Below, piece after piece: positions 51,387 to 63,728 of a stretch of DNA of 64,000 bases (the stretch's first letter is position 1; every line of letters starts with the position of its first letter). This DNA comes from Escherichia coli (GTDB taxonomy: Bacteria; Pseudomonadota; Gammaproteobacteria; Enterobacterales; Enterobacteriaceae): NCBI RefSeq assembly GCF_017348835.2, contig NZ_CP071375.1; one strand, given 5' to 3'. The notes under the pieces were generated by a model. It made no database searches and was not told the DNA's origin. It worked only from the letters and a program-made list of their open reading frames with translations. A program made the position numbers and the translations under genes.

Positions 51387-52826
51387 ATGTCAGTACCCGT
51401 TCAACATCCTATGTATATTGATGGACAGTTTGTTACCTGGCGTGGAGACGCATGGATTGATGTGGTAAACCCTGCTACAGAGGCTGTCATTTCCCGCATA
51501 CCCGATGGTCAGGCCGAGGATGCTCGTAAGGCAATCGATGCAGCAGAACGTGCACAACCAGAATGGGAAGCGTTGCCTGCAATTGAACGCGCCAGTTGGT
51601 TGCGCAAAATCTCCGCCGGGATCCGCGAACGCGCCAGTGAAATCAGTGCGCTGATTGTTGAAGAAGGGGGCAAGATCCAGCAGCTGGCTGAAGTCGAAGT
51701 GGCTTTTACTGCCGACTATATCGATTACATGGCGGAGTGGGCACGGCGTTACGAGGGCGAGATTATTCAAAGCGATCGCCCAGGAGAAAATATTCTTCTG
51801 TTTAAACGTGCGCTTGGTGTGACTACCGGCATTCTGCCGTGGAACTTCCCGTTCTTCCTCATTGCCCGCAAAATGGCTCCCGCTCTTTTGACCGGTAATA
51901 CCATCGTCATTAAACCCAGTGAATTTACGCCAAACAATGCGATTGCATTCGCCAAAATCGTCGATGAAATAGGCCTTCCGCGCGGCGTGTTTAACCTTGT
52001 TCTGGGGCGTGGTGAAACCGTTGGGCAAGAACTGGCGGGTAACCCAAAGGTCGCAATGGTCAGTATGACAGGCAGCGTCTCTGCAGGTGAGAAGATCATG
52101 GCGACTGCGGCGAAAAACATCACCAAAGTGTGTCTGGAATTGGGTGGTAAAGCACCAGCTATCGTAATGGACGATGCCGATCTTGAACTGGCAGTCAAAG
52201 CCATCGTTGATTCACGCGTCATTAATAGTGGGCAAGTGTGTAACTGTGCAGAACGTGTTTATGTACAGAAAGGCATTTATGATCAGTTCGTCAATCGGCT
52301 GGGTGAAGCGATGCAGGCGGTTCAATTTGGTAACCCCGCTGAACGCAACGACATTGCGATGGGGCCGTTGATTAACGCCGCGGCGCTGGAAAGGGTCGAG
52401 CAAAAAGTGGCGCGCGCAGTAGAAGAAGGGGCGAGAGTGGCGTTGGGTGGCAAAGCGGTAGAGGGGAAAGGATATTATTATCCGCCGACATTGCTGCTGG
52501 ATGTTCGCCAGGAAATGTCGATTATGCATGAGGAAACCTTTGGCCCGGTGCTGCCGGTGGTCGCATTTGACACGCTGGAAGATGCTATCTCAATGGCTAA
52601 TGACAGTGATTACGGCCTGACCTCATCAATCTATACCCAAAATCTGAACGTCGCGATGAAAGCCATTAAAGGGCTGAAGTTTGGTGAAACGTACATCAAC
52701 CGTGAAAACTTCGAAGCTATGCAAGGCTTCCACGCCGGATGGCGTAAATCCGGTATTGGCGGCGCAGATGGTAAACATGGCCTGCATGAATATCTGCAGA
52801 CCCAGGTGGTTTATTTACAGTCTTAA
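51387..52826 (+). CDS. aldA: Lactaldehyde dehydrogenase
   Basis: 479 aa aldehyde dehydrogenase (ELGGKAP..., catalytic Cys region GQVCNCAERV). Confidence 0.9.
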   Translation: MSVPVQHPMYIDGQFVTWRGDAWIDVVNPATEAVISRIPDGQAEDARKAIDAAERAQPEWEALPAIERASWLRKISAGIRERASEISALIVEEGGKIQQLAEVEVAFTADYIDYMAEWARRYEGEIIQSDRPGENILLFKRALGVTTGILPWNFPFFLIARKMAPALLTGNTIVIKPSEFTPNNAIAFAKIVDEIGLPRGVFNLVLGRGETVGQELAGNPKVAMVSMTGSVSAGEKIMATAAKNITKVCLELGGKAPAIVMDDADLELAVKAIVDSRVINSGQVCNCAERVYVQKGIYDQFVNRLGEAMQAVQFGNPAERNDIAMGPLINAAALERVEQKVARAVEEGARVALGGKAVEGKGYYYPPTLLLDVRQEMSIMHEETFGPVLPVVAFDTLEDAISMANDSDYGLTSSIYTQNLNVAMKAIKGLKFGETYINRENFEAMQGFHAGWRKSGIGGADGKHGLHEYLQTQVVYLQS

Positions 52827-52835
52827 TGAGTGAAA

Positions 52836-52861
52836 GAGGCGGAGGTTTTTTCCTCCGCCTG
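52836..52861. terminator. Bidirectional terminator between aldA and gapC
   Basis: aggcggagg-tttttt-cctccgcct between convergent genes. Confidence 0.65.
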
Positions 52862-52867
52862 TGCGCG

Positions 52868-53869
52868 TCAGAGTTTAGCGAATTTTTCGAGGGTGCGAAT
52901 AAGCTGCGTGACGAAGCCATATTCGTTATCGTACCAGGCGACCGTTTTCACCAGTTGTAAATCGCCCACGGCGGTAATTTCCGTTTGCGTGGCATCAAAC
53001 ACCGAACCGAAATGGCTGCCAATGATATCGGAAGAGACTATTTCTTCATCGGTATAACCAAATGACTCGTTATTGGTGGTTGCTTGTTTAAGTGCGTTAT
53101 TCACCTCTTCGGCAGTCACTTTTTTTCCGAGAATCGATACCAGTTCAGTGACCGAACCTGTTTTCACCGGCACGCGTTGCGCATGACCTTTCAGTTTGCC
53201 GCTCAGTTCCGGGATCACCAGACCAATGGCTTTTGCCGCGCCCGTAGTGTGGGGAATGATATTTTCTGCCGCTGCGCGTGAAGCACGTAAATCTTTACCA
53301 CGCGGGCCATCCACCAGTGACTGGGTGCCAGTATAGGCATGAATGGTCGTCATCGTGCCGACTTCTATCCCGAAACTGTCATGCAAGGCTTTGGCCATCG
53401 GCGCAAGGCAGTTAGTGGTGCATGACGCCACGGAAACAATGGTGTCGTTGCCATCCAGAGTGTCGTCATTAACGTTATAAACGATGGTTTTCATTTCACC
53501 GGCAGGAGCGGAAATCAACACCTTCTTCGCGCCAGCATCAAGATGCGCCTGCGATTTCTCGGCGGAGGTATAAAAGCCAGTACATTCGACAATGATTTCT
53601 GCACCTTTCGCTTTCCACGGAATATTTTTAGCCTCTTTTTCGGCGTAAACCGCGATACTTTTCCCATTAACGATAAGTGAATCTTCCGTAAAATCAACGC
53701 TCCAGGGGAACGGACCATAGTTTGAATCATGTTTCAGCAGATAGGCGAGAATTTTTGGGGAAGTAAGATCATTAATAGCGACAACGTCTATGTTGCTTTT
53801 GACTTCAAGTAATCGACGCAACACCAGTCGACCGATACGACCAAAACCGTTAATACCAACTTTACTCAT
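52868..53869 (-). CDS. gapC: Glyceraldehyde-3-phosphate dehydrogenase GapC, apparently intact
   Basis: Uninterrupted 333-aa ORF with NAD-binding N-terminus ([12 protein letters not shown]) and catalytic region [10 protein letters not shown]; the orthologue is a pseudogene in K-12. Confidence 0.85.
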   Translation of the reverse strand: MSKVGINGFGRIGRLVLRRLLEVKSNIDVVAINDLTSPKILAYLLKHDSNYGPFPWSVDFTEDSLIVNGKSIAVYAEKEAKNIPWKAKGAEIIVECTGFYTSAEKSQAHLDAGAKKVLISAPAGEMKTIVYNVNDDTLDGNDTIVSVASCTTNCLAPMAKALHDSFGIEVGTMTTIHAYTGTQSLVDGPRGKDLRASRAAAENIIPHTTGAAKAIGLVIPELSGKLKGHAQRVPVKTGSVTELVSILGKKVTAEEVNNALKQATTNNESFGYTDEEIVSSDIIGSHFGSVFDATQTEITAVGDLQLVKTVAWYDNEYGFVTQLIRTLEKFAKL

Positions 53870-54057
53870 GGTTTTCTCCTGTCAGGAACGTTCGGATGAA
53901 AATTGATCCTTTCCAGGCTTAGACCAGGATGGCGGGATGGGCAATCTCCATTCTTACAGTGAAACGTAACGTACTGAAAACGGGTGAACAATATTTAATG
54001 AAATTTTGAGAAAAGCCCGTTATGTTAACGGAAAATTATGTTAAAGCAGGAAATGTT

Positions 54058-54588
54058 ATGGAAAATAAATACTCAAGGTTACAAATCAGCATTCACTGGC
54101 TGGTCTTTTTGCTGGTTATCGCAGCGTATTGCGCAATGGAGTTTCGTGGTTTCTTCCCACGTAGCGATCGGCCACTCATCAACATGATTCATGTTTCCTG
54201 TGGCATCTCAATTCTCGTGCTGATGGTGGTTCGTCTTTTGTTAAGACTGAAATACCCAACCCCGCCGATTATACCTAAGCCGAAACCGATGATGACGGGA
54301 CTGGCGCATTTGGGACATTTGGTGATTTATCTCCTGTTTATTGCGCTGCCAGTGATTGGTTTGGTGATGATGTATAACCGAGGCAACCCGTGGTTTGCGT
54401 TTGGTATGACGATGCCTTACGCTTCAGAGGCCAATTTCGAACGGGTAGATAGCTTAAAGTCGTGGCATGAAACGCTGGCGAATCTGGGATACTTTGTCAT
54501 CGGGTTGCACGCTGCGGCCGCACTGGCACACCACTATTTCTGGAAGGACAACACACTTCTACGCATGATGCCGCGTAAACGTTCCTGA
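54058..54588 (+). CDS. cybB: Cytochrome b561
   Basis: 176 aa from MENKYSRLQISIHWLVFLLVIAAY; 4-TM di-haem cytochrome. Confidence 0.9.
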   Translation: MENKYSRLQISIHWLVFLLVIAAYCAMEFRGFFPRSDRPLINMIHVSCGISILVLMVVRLLLRLKYPTPPIIPKPKPMMTGLAHLGHLVIYLLFIALPVIGLVMMYNRGNPWFAFGMTMPYASEANFERVDSLKSWHETLANLGYFVIGLHAAAALAHHYFWKDNTLLRMMPRKRS

Positions 54589-54832
54589 AGGATATTTAAA
54601 GAAAACGCCTGTACTAAAACCGACCCGTGGTACAGGCGAAGAATACGGGTCTACATCGGAAGCGCCTATTATATTTATTTGTATGACAAATAAAACCATA
54701 ATCCTTGCCCATACGTCCATCTGGCTTATTTTTAATCAATTCACCCGATCTTTGATCTCATCAACGGTATCAAAATAAACCAGCGTATAACGTTCAAATC
54801 GAACATAAGATTCGATAAACCATGGAGGTTAT

Positions 54833-55006
54833 ATGAAAAAACTAGCACTTATTTTGTTTATGGGAACGCTTGTTTCCTTTTATGCCGATGCTGGGCGCAA
54901 ACCCTGTTCTGGTTCGAAAGGGGGGATCTCACACTGTACGGCAGGCGGCAAATTTGTCTGTAATGATGGTTCTATTAGTGCCTCGAAAAAAACATGCACT
55001 AACTGA
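54833..55006 (+). CDS. ydcA: Small secreted protein YdcA
   Basis: 57 aa, MKKLALILFMGTLVSFYADAGRKPCSGSKGGISHCTAGGKFVCNDGSISASKKTCTN; below the ORF-track cutoff, found by manual translation. Confidence 0.7.
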   Translation: MKKLALILFMGTLVSFYADAGRKPCSGSKGGISHCTAGGKFVCNDGSISASKKTCTN

Positions 55007-55077
55007 AGTGTAAAAGGGGTGCCATGAGAAAATGAATCTGCTAGTCAGATGCGCGGGGAAAATCCCCGCGCTTGCCC

Positions 55078-55227
<150 letters not shown>

Positions 55228-55625
55228 AGCCTTTCTCCTTGCCGGATGGCGGGTAAGAGGCTAAGATCTGAATTGCTAGGTTCATTCGTTGGCCTCGGTT
55301 GATAGAAATGTCGGTCGGGGCCTTCGTCTTTCTGATTCCCGGTTAGCCTGAAAACAGAAAGTCTCAGGCACCCGCAGGCATCCTATGAGGTTTCCTTAGG
55401 GACGAAAATAATCACTTCACGAAATTGCGTGCTGTTTTCCAGAATTTTTCGTCATTCGGGTTAGCCAGTTTAACTATTCCTCACTTTCTTCATTCCAATG
55501 GCATTAACCTTCTCTGCAATAATTGTTGTAAAAATGTGACGCAAAGAGGCTTTTAGTCGTAAGTAATTACCGTCAAATGCCGATGACTTTCTATCAGGAG
55601 TAAACCTGGACGAGAGACAACGGTA

Positions 55626-57266
55626 ATGAATACAACTCCCTCACAGCGATTAGGTTTTTTGCATCACATCAGGCTGGTTCCGTTATTTGCCTGCATTCTA
55701 GGCGGTATCTTAGTTCTATTCGCATTAAGTTCAGCCCTGGCTGGCTATTTCCTCTGGCAGGCCGATCGCGATCAGCGTGATGTTACTGCGGAGATTGAGA
55801 TTCGGACCGGGTTGGCGAACAGTTCAGATTTTTTGCGTTCAGCCCGGATCAATATGATTCAGGCCGGGGCTGCGAGTCGTATTGCGGAAATGGAAGCAAT
55901 GAAGCGAAATATTGCGCAAGCCGAATCGGAGATTAAACAGTCGCAGCAAGGGTATCGTGCTTATCAGAATCGGCCGGTGAAAACACCTGCTGATGAAGCC
56001 CTCGACACTGAATTAAATCAACGCTTTCAGGCTTATATCACGGGTATGCAACCTATGTTGAAATATGCCAAAAATGGCATGTTTGAAGCGATTATCAATC
56101 ATGAAAGTGAGCAGATCCGACCGCTGGATAATGCTTATACCGATATTTTGAACAAAGCCGTTAAGATACGCAGCACCAGAGCCAACCAACTGGCGGAACT
56201 GGCCCATCAGCGCACCCGCCTGGGTGGGATGTTCATGATTGGCGCGTTTGTGCTTGCCCTGGTCATGACGCTGATAACATTTATGGTGCTACGTCGGATC
56301 GTCATTCGTCCACTGCAACATGCCGCACAACGGATTGAAAAAATCGCTAGTGGCGATCTGACGATGAATGATGAACCGGCGGGTCGTAATGAAATCGGTC
56401 GCTTAAGTCGTCATTTACAGCAAATGCAGCATTCACTGGGGATGACAGTAGGGACTGTTCGACAGGGCGCGGAAGAGATTTATCGTGGCACCAGCGAAAT
56501 TTCCGCTGGCAATGCGGACCTTTCATCTCGCACCGAAGAACAAGCGGCGGCTATCGAACAAACTGCCGCCAGCATGGAGCAACTCACTGCGACGGTGAAA
56601 CAGAATGCGGATAACGCGCATCATGCCAGCAAACTGGCGCAAGAGGCTTCTATTAAAGCCAGCGATGGCGGGCAGACGGTTTCCGGGGTAGTAAAAACGA
56701 TGGGTGCTATCTCTATGAGTTCGAAGAAAATTTCTGAGATCACCGCCGTCATCAACAGTATTGCTTTCCAGACGAATATTCTGGCACTGAATGCTGCCGT
56801 TGAAGCCGCTCGAGCGGGTGAGCAAGGACGTGGATTTGCCGTTGTCGCCAGCGAAGTACGGACACTCGCAAGCCGCAGCGCTCAGGCGGCGAAAGAGATT
56901 GAAGGCTTGATCAGTGAATCAGTCAGGTTAATTGACCAGGGGTCGGATGAGGTGGCAACGGCAGGGAAAACCATGAGCACTATTGTTGATGCCGTCGCGA
57001 GTGTCACACATATCATGCAGGAAATCGCCGCCGCCTCGGATGAACAAAGTAGAGGCATAACGCAGGTTAGCCAGGCGATTTCTGAAATGGATAAGGTGAC
57101 GCAACAGAATGCTTCTCTGGTAGAAGAAGCCTCAGCGGCGGCGGTGTCCCTTGAAGAACAGGCGGCGCGATTAACTGAGGCGGTGGACGTATTCCGTCTG
57201 AACAAACATTCTGTGTCGGCAGAACCTCGCGGAGCGGGTGAACAAGTTAGTTTCGCTACGGTGTGA
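55626..57266 (+). CDS. trg: Methyl-accepting chemotaxis protein III (ribose/galactose sensor)
   Basis: 546 aa with two TM segments, a HAMP domain and a conserved MCP signalling domain. Confidence 0.9.
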   Translation: MNTTPSQRLGFLHHIRLVPLFACILGGILVLFALSSALAGYFLWQADRDQRDVTAEIEIRTGLANSSDFLRSARINMIQAGAASRIAEMEAMKRNIAQAESEIKQSQQGYRAYQNRPVKTPADEALDTELNQRFQAYITGMQPMLKYAKNGMFEAIINHESEQIRPLDNAYTDILNKAVKIRSTRANQLAELAHQRTRLGGMFMIGAFVLALVMTLITFMVLRRIVIRPLQHAAQRIEKIASGDLTMNDEPAGRNEIGRLSRHLQQMQHSLGMTVGTVRQGAEEIYRGTSEISAGNADLSSRTEEQAAAIEQTAASMEQLTATVKQNADNAHHASKLAQEASIKASDGGQTVSGVVKTMGAISMSSKKISEITAVINSIAFQTNILALNAAVEAARAGEQGRGFAVVASEVRTLASRSAQAAKEIEGLISESVRLIDQGSDEVATAGKTMSTIVDAVASVTHIMQEIAAASDEQSRGITQVSQAISEMDKVTQQNASLVEEASAAAVSLEEQAARLTEAVDVFRLNKHSVSAEPRGAGEQVSFATV

Positions 57267-57303
57267 AAATGTTCAAGGAGGGATCGACAGATCCCTTCAC
57301 CTT

Positions 57304-58227
57304 TCAGAACGGCATTGATTTTCGAATAGCGTTAATCATCAACTGGCAACCAGAAGAGAACGTCGCATCTACGCGGGTCAGTATTCCAATCGGTTCGCCT
57401 GCACCATGTCCCGGAACAGGCAGGGCCACCAGCGTGGCATGACGCAGGTCGTCTTTTACCGCGCCAGAAGGGACAAACCACACGTAGTCGTATTCAACCG
57501 TAAGTTGACGAGATAGCGAAGCTGACAGCGTTTCGATACAACCCGAAGGAATTTTACATCCCTGGCTCTGTACTAATGCATCTGAATGCTGGCGTGGCGC
57601 AGTGCCTTCTGGTGATACAACGACCGGCCATTCCAGCACTCGGCTTAGCGTTACGTTCTCCTGAAGTAGCGGGTGATTAGGGCGGACAACCAGCTTCAGC
57701 GATTCAAGAAACAGCAGTTCGTAATTAAGCCCGGTCATCAGTTCAGGATCTGACATCCGACCAATGCCGATATCGATTTCCCCGGTTTTCAAACCCGCCA
57801 GAATCATAGGGTTACTCATTGTCGCAACTTGCAAGGTCGTCTCTTTTTGTTGCTGATGAAACTGACCTATAACCGAAGGTAATATCCCCAGTGCCGCAGT
57901 AGGTAGTGCACCAAGCCTGACGACATCATTATTAAGACCTTCTTTACGATGAAGCGACTGTCCGGCAGTGTTGATGGCGTCAAGAACTCTGACTGCATGC
58001 GTTAAAAATTGTTCGCCGGGTAAGGTAAGTTGCGCCCCCTGACGACCACGCTCAAACAAGCGAGCGCCCGTCAGTTGCTCCAGTTCATTCAATGTCTTAG
58101 AGAGCGCAGGTTGACTCAAATTAAGGGTTTCAGCCGCGCGCCCCAAAGTTCCTTGTTGTGCGACAGCTACGAATGTATGAAGGTGGCGCAAACGGATGCG
58201 CTGACTAAACAGACTATTTTTTTCCAT
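57304..58227 (-). CDS. ydcI: LysR-family transcriptional regulator YdcI
   Basis: 307 aa from MEKNSLFSQRIRLRHLHTFVAVAQQGTLGRAAETLNLSQPALSKTL (LysR HTH); the ORF track extends 47 codons further upstream. Confidence 0.85.
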   Translation of the reverse strand: MEKNSLFSQRIRLRHLHTFVAVAQQGTLGRAAETLNLSQPALSKTLNELEQLTGARLFERGRQGAQLTLPGEQFLTHAVRVLDAINTAGQSLHRKEGLNNDVVRLGALPTAALGILPSVIGQFHQQQKETTLQVATMSNPMILAGLKTGEIDIGIGRMSDPELMTGLNYELLFLESLKLVVRPNHPLLQENVTLSRVLEWPVVVSPEGTAPRQHSDALVQSQGCKIPSGCIETLSASLSRQLTVEYDYVWFVPSGAVKDDLRHATLVALPVPGHGAGEPIGILTRVDATFSSGCQLMINAIRKSMPF

Positions 58228-58443
58228 AAGCGATGTTAAAAACGAAGCGGTGTCGCTGACAAGTGAAGTTGTTTGATTATGATAACTTGATTGCAAAATA
58301 TTATTAACAATTAAAGCAATTACGTTACAGCAAAATGGATAATATTGATGTTTTCGCGGCGAGATCACAGTTTGTAAATTCTTCCCGCCAGAGTGAATGC
58401 GGTTACCTACACTCCAGATTACTGACCACTGGAGGCAGACACT

Positions 58444-59787
58444 ATGGCGAACAGCATCACGGCGGATGAGATTCGGGAACAGTTTTCGCAGGCAATGTCA
58501 GCCATGTACCAGCAAGAAGTTCCGCAATATGGCACGCTGCTGGAACTGGTAGCTGATGTGAATCTGGCTGTGCTGGAAAACAATCCTCAACTGCACGAAA
58601 AAATGGTAAATGCAGACGAGCTGGCGCGACTGAATGTTGAACGTCATGGGGCGATTCGCGTTGGGACTGCACAAGAGCTTGCTACTCTTCGGCGGATGTT
58701 TGCCATTATGGGGATGTACCCGGTGAGCTATTACGATCTCTCGCAGGCAGGGGTGCCTGTACATTCGACAGCATTTCGGCCCATTGATGATGCTTCTCTG
58801 GCGCGTAATCCCTTCCGCGTTTTTACCTCCTTACTCCGCCTTGAGCTTATCGAGAACGAAATTTTGCGCCAGAAAGCGGCGGAGATTCTGCGTCAGCGCG
58901 ATATCTTCACCCCACGTTGTCGACAACTGTTAGAGGAATATGAGCAGCAGGGCGGTTTTAACGAAACACAGGCACAGGAGTTTGTGCAGGAAGCCCTGGA
59001 AACGTTTCGCTGGCACCAGTCAGCAACGGTAGATGAAGAAACCTATCGCGCCTTGCACAACGAACATCGGTTGATTGCTGATGTGGTCTGTTTTCCTGGA
59101 TGCCATATCAACCATCTGACGCCACGTACGCTGGATATTGACCGGGTGCAGTCGATGATGCCTGAATGCGGAATTGAACCAAAAATTCTGATCGAAGGGC
59201 CGCCGCGCCGCGAGGTACCGATTTTACTACGCCAGACCAGCTTTAAAGCACTGGAAGAGACGGTGTTGTTTGCGGGGCAGAAACAGGGCACGCATACTGC
59301 GCGCTTTGGTGAAATTGAGCAGCGTGGCGTGGCATTAACGCCGAAAGGGCGACAACTGTATGATGATCTTCTGCGTAACGCTGGAACCGGGCAGGATAAT
59401 CTCACTCACCAAATGCATTTACAGGAAACCTTCCGCACTTTTCCTGACAGTGAGTTTTTAATGCGTCAGCAAGGGCTGGCATGGTTCCGGTACCGTCTGA
59501 CGCCTTCGGGTGAGGCGCATCGTCAGGCGATTCATCCCGGAGACGATCCACAGCCCTTAATTGAACGTGGTTGGGTCGCGGCGCAACCCATTACCTATGA
59601 AGATTTCTTGCCCGTTAGCGCGGCGGGGATCTTCCAGTCAAATCTGGGTAATGAAACGCAGGCACGCAGCCACGGTAATGCCAGTCGCGAAGCATTTGAG
59701 CAGGCGTTGGGTTGTCCGGTTTTGGATGAGTTCCAGCTTTATCAGGAAGCGGAAGAACGCAGTAAACGTCGCTGTGGTTTGCTTTAA
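58444..59787 (+). CDS. ydcJ: DUF1338 protein YdcJ
   Basis: 447-aa ORF in the conserved position between ydcI and opgD. Confidence 0.8.
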   Translation: MANSITADEIREQFSQAMSAMYQQEVPQYGTLLELVADVNLAVLENNPQLHEKMVNADELARLNVERHGAIRVGTAQELATLRRMFAIMGMYPVSYYDLSQAGVPVHSTAFRPIDDASLARNPFRVFTSLLRLELIENEILRQKAAEILRQRDIFTPRCRQLLEEYEQQGGFNETQAQEFVQEALETFRWHQSATVDEETYRALHNEHRLIADVVCFPGCHINHLTPRTLDIDRVQSMMPECGIEPKILIEGPPRREVPILLRQTSFKALEETVLFAGQKQGTHTARFGEIEQRGVALTPKGRQLYDDLLRNAGTGQDNLTHQMHLQETFRTFPDSEFLMRQQGLAWFRYRLTPSGEAHRQAIHPGDDPQPLIERGWVAAQPITYEDFLPVSAAGIFQSNLGNETQARSHGNASREAFEQALGCPVLDEFQLYQEAEERSKRRCGLL

Positions 59788-60011
59788 ATTCTGACCATCC
59801 GCCTTTGCAAAAATTTGCCTGATTTTACAAACGAATCAGGCTCATCCCATCGACATAAAAAAATTGCCGATTTATGCATATTCTCTCAGTTCAACAATTG
59901 GATTATTAATAAATATTGTCTAGAGTGAGCGGTCATAAATAAGCACTTTCTTGCCGCTGAAAACGACCAGCGCGGGACCATTCACAACACCAGAAGGACT
60001 CACTTTCAGGT

Positions 60012-61667
60012 ATGGATCGTAGACGATTTATTAAAGGTTCAATGGCTATGGCCGCCGTGTGCGGTACCAGCGGCATTGCTTCTCTTTTTTCTCAGGCGGC
60101 ATTCGCGGCAGATTCTGATATTGCCGACGGGCAAACCCAGCGTTTTGACTTCTCCATTCTACAGTCAATGGCGCACGACTTAGCGCAAACAGCGTGGCGT
60201 GGTGCGCCTCGTCCGTTACCTGACACGCTGGCGACAATGACGCCGCAGGCTTATAACAGTATTCAATACGACGCCGAAAAATCGCTCTGGCATAACGTTG
60301 AGAACCGTCAACTGGACGCTCAGTTCTTCCATATGGGAATGGGATTCCGTCGCCGCGTTCGTATGTTTTCTGTAGATCCAGCAACACATCTGGCGCGTGA
60401 AATTCACTTTCGCCCGGAGTTGTTCAAATACAACGATGCAGGTGTTGATACCAAACAATTAGAAGGGCAAAGCGATCTCGGCTTTGCCGGTTTTCGCGTG
60501 TTTAAAGCCCCCGAACTGGCGCGCCGTGATGTAGTATCATTCCTCGGAGCGAGTTATTTCCGCGCCGTTGATGATACATATCAATACGGTTTGTCGGCCC
60601 GCGGCCTGGCGATCGACACTTACACCGACAGTAAAGAAGAGTTCCCCGACTTTACCGCCTTCTGGTTTGATACGGTAAAACCGGGGGCAACTACCTTTAC
60701 CGTTTATGCGTTGCTCGATAGCGCCAGCATTACTGGTGCCTATAAGTTCACTATCCATTGTGAGAAAAGTCAGGTGATTATGGATGTGGAAAATCACCTG
60801 TATGCGCGCAAAGACATTAAACAGCTGGGCATTGCGCCGATGACCAGTATGTTCAGCTGCGGTACTAATGAACGTCGGATGTGCGACACCATTCATCCGC
60901 AAATTCATGACTCTGATCGTCTGTCCATGTGGCGGGGCAACGGCGAGTGGATTTGCCGTCCGCTGAATAATCCGCAAAAATTGCAGTTCAATGCTTACAC
61001 CGACAACAACCCGAAAGGGTTTGGTTTATTGCAACTGGATCGTGACTTCTCCCATTATCAGGACATTATGGGCTGGTATAACAAACGCCCAAGTCTGTGG
61101 GTGGAACCGCGTAACAAGTGGGGTAAGGGCACCATCGGCCTGATGGAAATCCCAACAACGGGCGAAACGCTGGATAACATTGTCTGCTTCTGGCAGCCAG
61201 AAAAAGCTGTAAAAGCGGGTGATGAATTTGCATTCCAGTATCGTCTGTACTGGAGTGCGCAACCGCCTGTTCATTGCCCATTAGCGCGCGTTATGGCGAC
61301 GCGTACCGGCATGGGCGGTTTCCCGGAAGGTTGGGCACCAGGTGAACATTATCCCGAAAAATGGGCACGTCGTTTTGCCGTCGATTTCGTTGGTGGTGAT
61401 CTGAAAGCTGCCGCGCCAAAAGGCATTGAGCCGGTGATTACGCTTTCCAGTGGGGAAGCTAAGCAAATCGAAATTCTCTATATTGAACCCATTGATGGTT
61501 ATCGTATTCAGTTTGACTGGTATCCGACTTCGGACTCCACTGATCCGGTCGATATGCGGATGTATCTGCGTTGTCAGGGCGACGCTATCAGTGAAACATG
61601 GCTGTATCAGTATTTCCCGCCAGCGCCGGATAAACGTCAGTATGTTGACGACCGCGTGATGAGTTAA
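60012..61667 (+). CDS. opgD: Periplasmic glucan biosynthesis protein OpgD (MdoD)
   Basis: 551 aa with a Tat-type signal ([16 protein letters not shown]) and OpgG/OpgD family body. Confidence 0.9.
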   Translation: MDRRRFIKGSMAMAAVCGTSGIASLFSQAAFAADSDIADGQTQRFDFSILQSMAHDLAQTAWRGAPRPLPDTLATMTPQAYNSIQYDAEKSLWHNVENRQLDAQFFHMGMGFRRRVRMFSVDPATHLAREIHFRPELFKYNDAGVDTKQLEGQSDLGFAGFRVFKAPELARRDVVSFLGASYFRAVDDTYQYGLSARGLAIDTYTDSKEEFPDFTAFWFDTVKPGATTFTVYALLDSASITGAYKFTIHCEKSQVIMDVENHLYARKDIKQLGIAPMTSMFSCGTNERRMCDTIHPQIHDSDRLSMWRGNGEWICRPLNNPQKLQFNAYTDNNPKGFGLLQLDRDFSHYQDIMGWYNKRPSLWVEPRNKWGKGTIGLMEIPTTGETLDNIVCFWQPEKAVKAGDEFAFQYRLYWSAQPPVHCPLARVMATRTGMGGFPEGWAPGEHYPEKWARRFAVDFVGGDLKAAAPKGIEPVITLSSGEAKQIEILYIEPIDGYRIQFDWYPTSDSTDPVDMRMYLRCQGDAISETWLYQYFPPAPDKRQYVDDRVMS

Positions 61668-61806
61668 TCGTTTTTTCTTCGGCACCTTCTTCGGGAGGTG
61701 CCGTCTGGTTAAACACGATCCCGCTCGCATTTTTCCCTAAGTTAAATGAGTAATCTGATGGTGTGTATTTCAGATACACCTTGTCAGCCACTAACAGGGA
61801 GTGCGT

Positions 61807-62031
61807 ATGTTTCCAGAATATCGAGATTTAATATCCCGTCTGAAAAACGAAAATCCTCGCTTTATGTCCTTGTTCGATAAACACAATAAACTTGATCATG
61901 AAATTGCCAGAAAGGAAGGTTCCGACGGTCGAGGGTACAATGCGGAAGTGGTCCGCATGAAAAAACAAAAGCTACAGTTAAAAGATGAGATGCTCAAAAT
62001 CCTGCAGCAGGAGAGCGTCAAAGAGGTGTAA
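61807..62031 (+). CDS. ydcH: DUF465 protein YdcH
   Basis: 74 aa from MFPEYRDLISRLKNENPRFMSLFDKHNKLDHEI. Confidence 0.8.
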   Translation: MFPEYRDLISRLKNENPRFMSLFDKHNKLDHEIARKEGSDGRGYNAEVVRMKKQKLQLKDEMLKILQQESVKEV

Positions 62032-62093
62032 ACTTTCCTAAGCCGCCAGCCAGGCGGCTTTTTTAACAACTGCATGGATTGACTGGAGATAAG

Positions 62094-62633
62094 ATGACTG
62101 AAACGATAAAAGTAAGCGAATCACTTGAATTACATGCTGTTGCAGAAAATCACGTCACTCCTCTTTATCAGTTAATCTGTAAAAATAAAACCTGGTTACA
62201 GCAGTCGCTAAACTGGCCGCAGTTTGTTCAAAGTGAAGAGGACACGCGAAAAACGGTGCAGGGTAATGTGATGTTGCATCAACGCGGCTATGCCAAAATG
62301 TTCATGATTTTCAAAGAAGATGAACTTATCGGCGTTATCTCGTTTAATCGTATTGAACCACTGAATAAAACCGCTGAAATCGGCTACTGGCTGGACGAAT
62401 CTCATCAGGGGCAGGGGATCATTTCTCAGGCGCTGCAGGCACTGATTCATCATTACGCCCAGTCTGGTGAACTTAGACGCTTCGTGATCAAATGTCGGGT
62501 GGACAATCCGCAAAGCAACCAGGTCGCTTTGCGCAATGGTTTTATCCTTGAAGGTTGCCTGAAACAGGCTGAGTTCCTGAATGATGCCTATGATGATGTG
62601 AACTTATACGCGCGTATTATCGATTCACAATAA
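62094..62633 (+). CDS. rimL: Ribosomal-protein L7/L12 serine N-acetyltransferase
   Basis: 179 aa from [24 protein letters not shown] fold. Confidence 0.85.
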   Translation: MTETIKVSESLELHAVAENHVTPLYQLICKNKTWLQQSLNWPQFVQSEEDTRKTVQGNVMLHQRGYAKMFMIFKEDELIGVISFNRIEPLNKTAEIGYWLDESHQGQGIISQALQALIHHYAQSGELRRFVIKCRVDNPQSNQVALRNGFILEGCLKQAEFLNDAYDDVNLYARIIDSQ

Positions 62634-63605
62634 CCCTGCCAGCGGCGTTCGCGTAATGCGCTCCTCGCCGTTAATGACTTTTGGACCACGGACATGAACC
62701 GTGTCGCCATCAAAGGCTTCAACGACGGCGTGGTCGGTTAACTCCACATGGTTTTCAATTATCACCGCACCTGTAATACGGCTCTTACCTTGTATTACAA
62801 CGTGCTCGTCGAGCAGAATCGGTCCGCCACGTACCACGGCATTTCCGCCAATCAAGACATGATGTTTTAACACACAATTACCTTCCACAATGGCATATTC
62901 CGCCACCTGCGAACTGTAATGAATCGTCGGAATGGCATCTTCTTCTATGCCAGCTTTCACCTGCGCGTGACCGTAGACTTTAGCGCAATCGCATAGCCAT
63001 ACGTTGTTCTCTTCATTACCTTCAACACTGGCAAAATCAAAAACTTCGGCGCGATGTTCAATAAAAGCATACCGGACGACGGCATCGCCATAAATTTGTG
63101 CCTGGTGGACAATACGCGAGGCGCTAACCCTTGCGCGATCATAAATTTGTAGCAGGAGTTGATGGTCGGGCGTTAAGCCTTGTGCGGCGACGATCATAGA
63201 ATGTTGATCAATTAAGGCGTGACCAAATATTCTACATTGACCGCAAACTAATGAGCCACGAATGGTGACACTGTCACTTATATGTGCGCCCTGGCTGATT
63301 TTACTATTATCGATCCAGACGTTATCCGTTGCGTAAACCTCTCCCCACAGCACGCTGGTGCCGGTGATACGCGTATTACCGGAAATCACCGCTCCGCCGA
63401 ACGCAATAGCATTCTGGTCGTAAATCCAGCAATTTCCTTCCTGTGCTAACACCGTTTCGCGATCGATCCAGCCGCCAGCGGTTCCTGCTATCACATCGTT
63501 AAAATCGCTAATGGCGATAATCTGCCGTAATAACACACTTTTTTTAGTGTCATCTTCCTGATAACTAAAGGCTCGCTGTTCTTCACTTAGACGATATTTG
63601 CGCAT
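62625..63605 (-). CDS. ydcK: Hexapeptide-repeat (beta-helix) protein YdcK
   Basis: 326 aa with repeated hexapeptide motifs. Confidence 0.8.
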   Translation of the reverse strand: MRKYRLSEEQRAFSYQEDDTKKSVLLRQIIAISDFNDVIAGTAGGWIDRETVLAQEGNCWIYDQNAIAFGGAVISGNTRITGTSVLWGEVYATDNVWIDNSKISQGAHISDSVTIRGSLVCGQCRIFGHALIDQHSMIVAAQGLTPDHQLLLQIYDRARVSASRIVHQAQIYGDAVVRYAFIEHRAEVFDFASVEGNEENNVWLCDCAKVYGHAQVKAGIEEDAIPTIHYSSQVAEYAIVEGNCVLKHHVLIGGNAVVRGGPILLDEHVVIQGKSRITGAVIIENHVELTDHAVVEAFDGDTVHVRGPKVINGEERITRTPLAGLL

Positions 63606-63728
63606 AGCGTTTTCCCACAGGTGACTTACTATAACCGTAGCAAATTCTGCGGCTCTGGCTATGCTCGAGAAAATTCCATAAAATGCATTTCAAATATACT
63701 TTATAAATTAAACAAAATGAGTAAGAAG

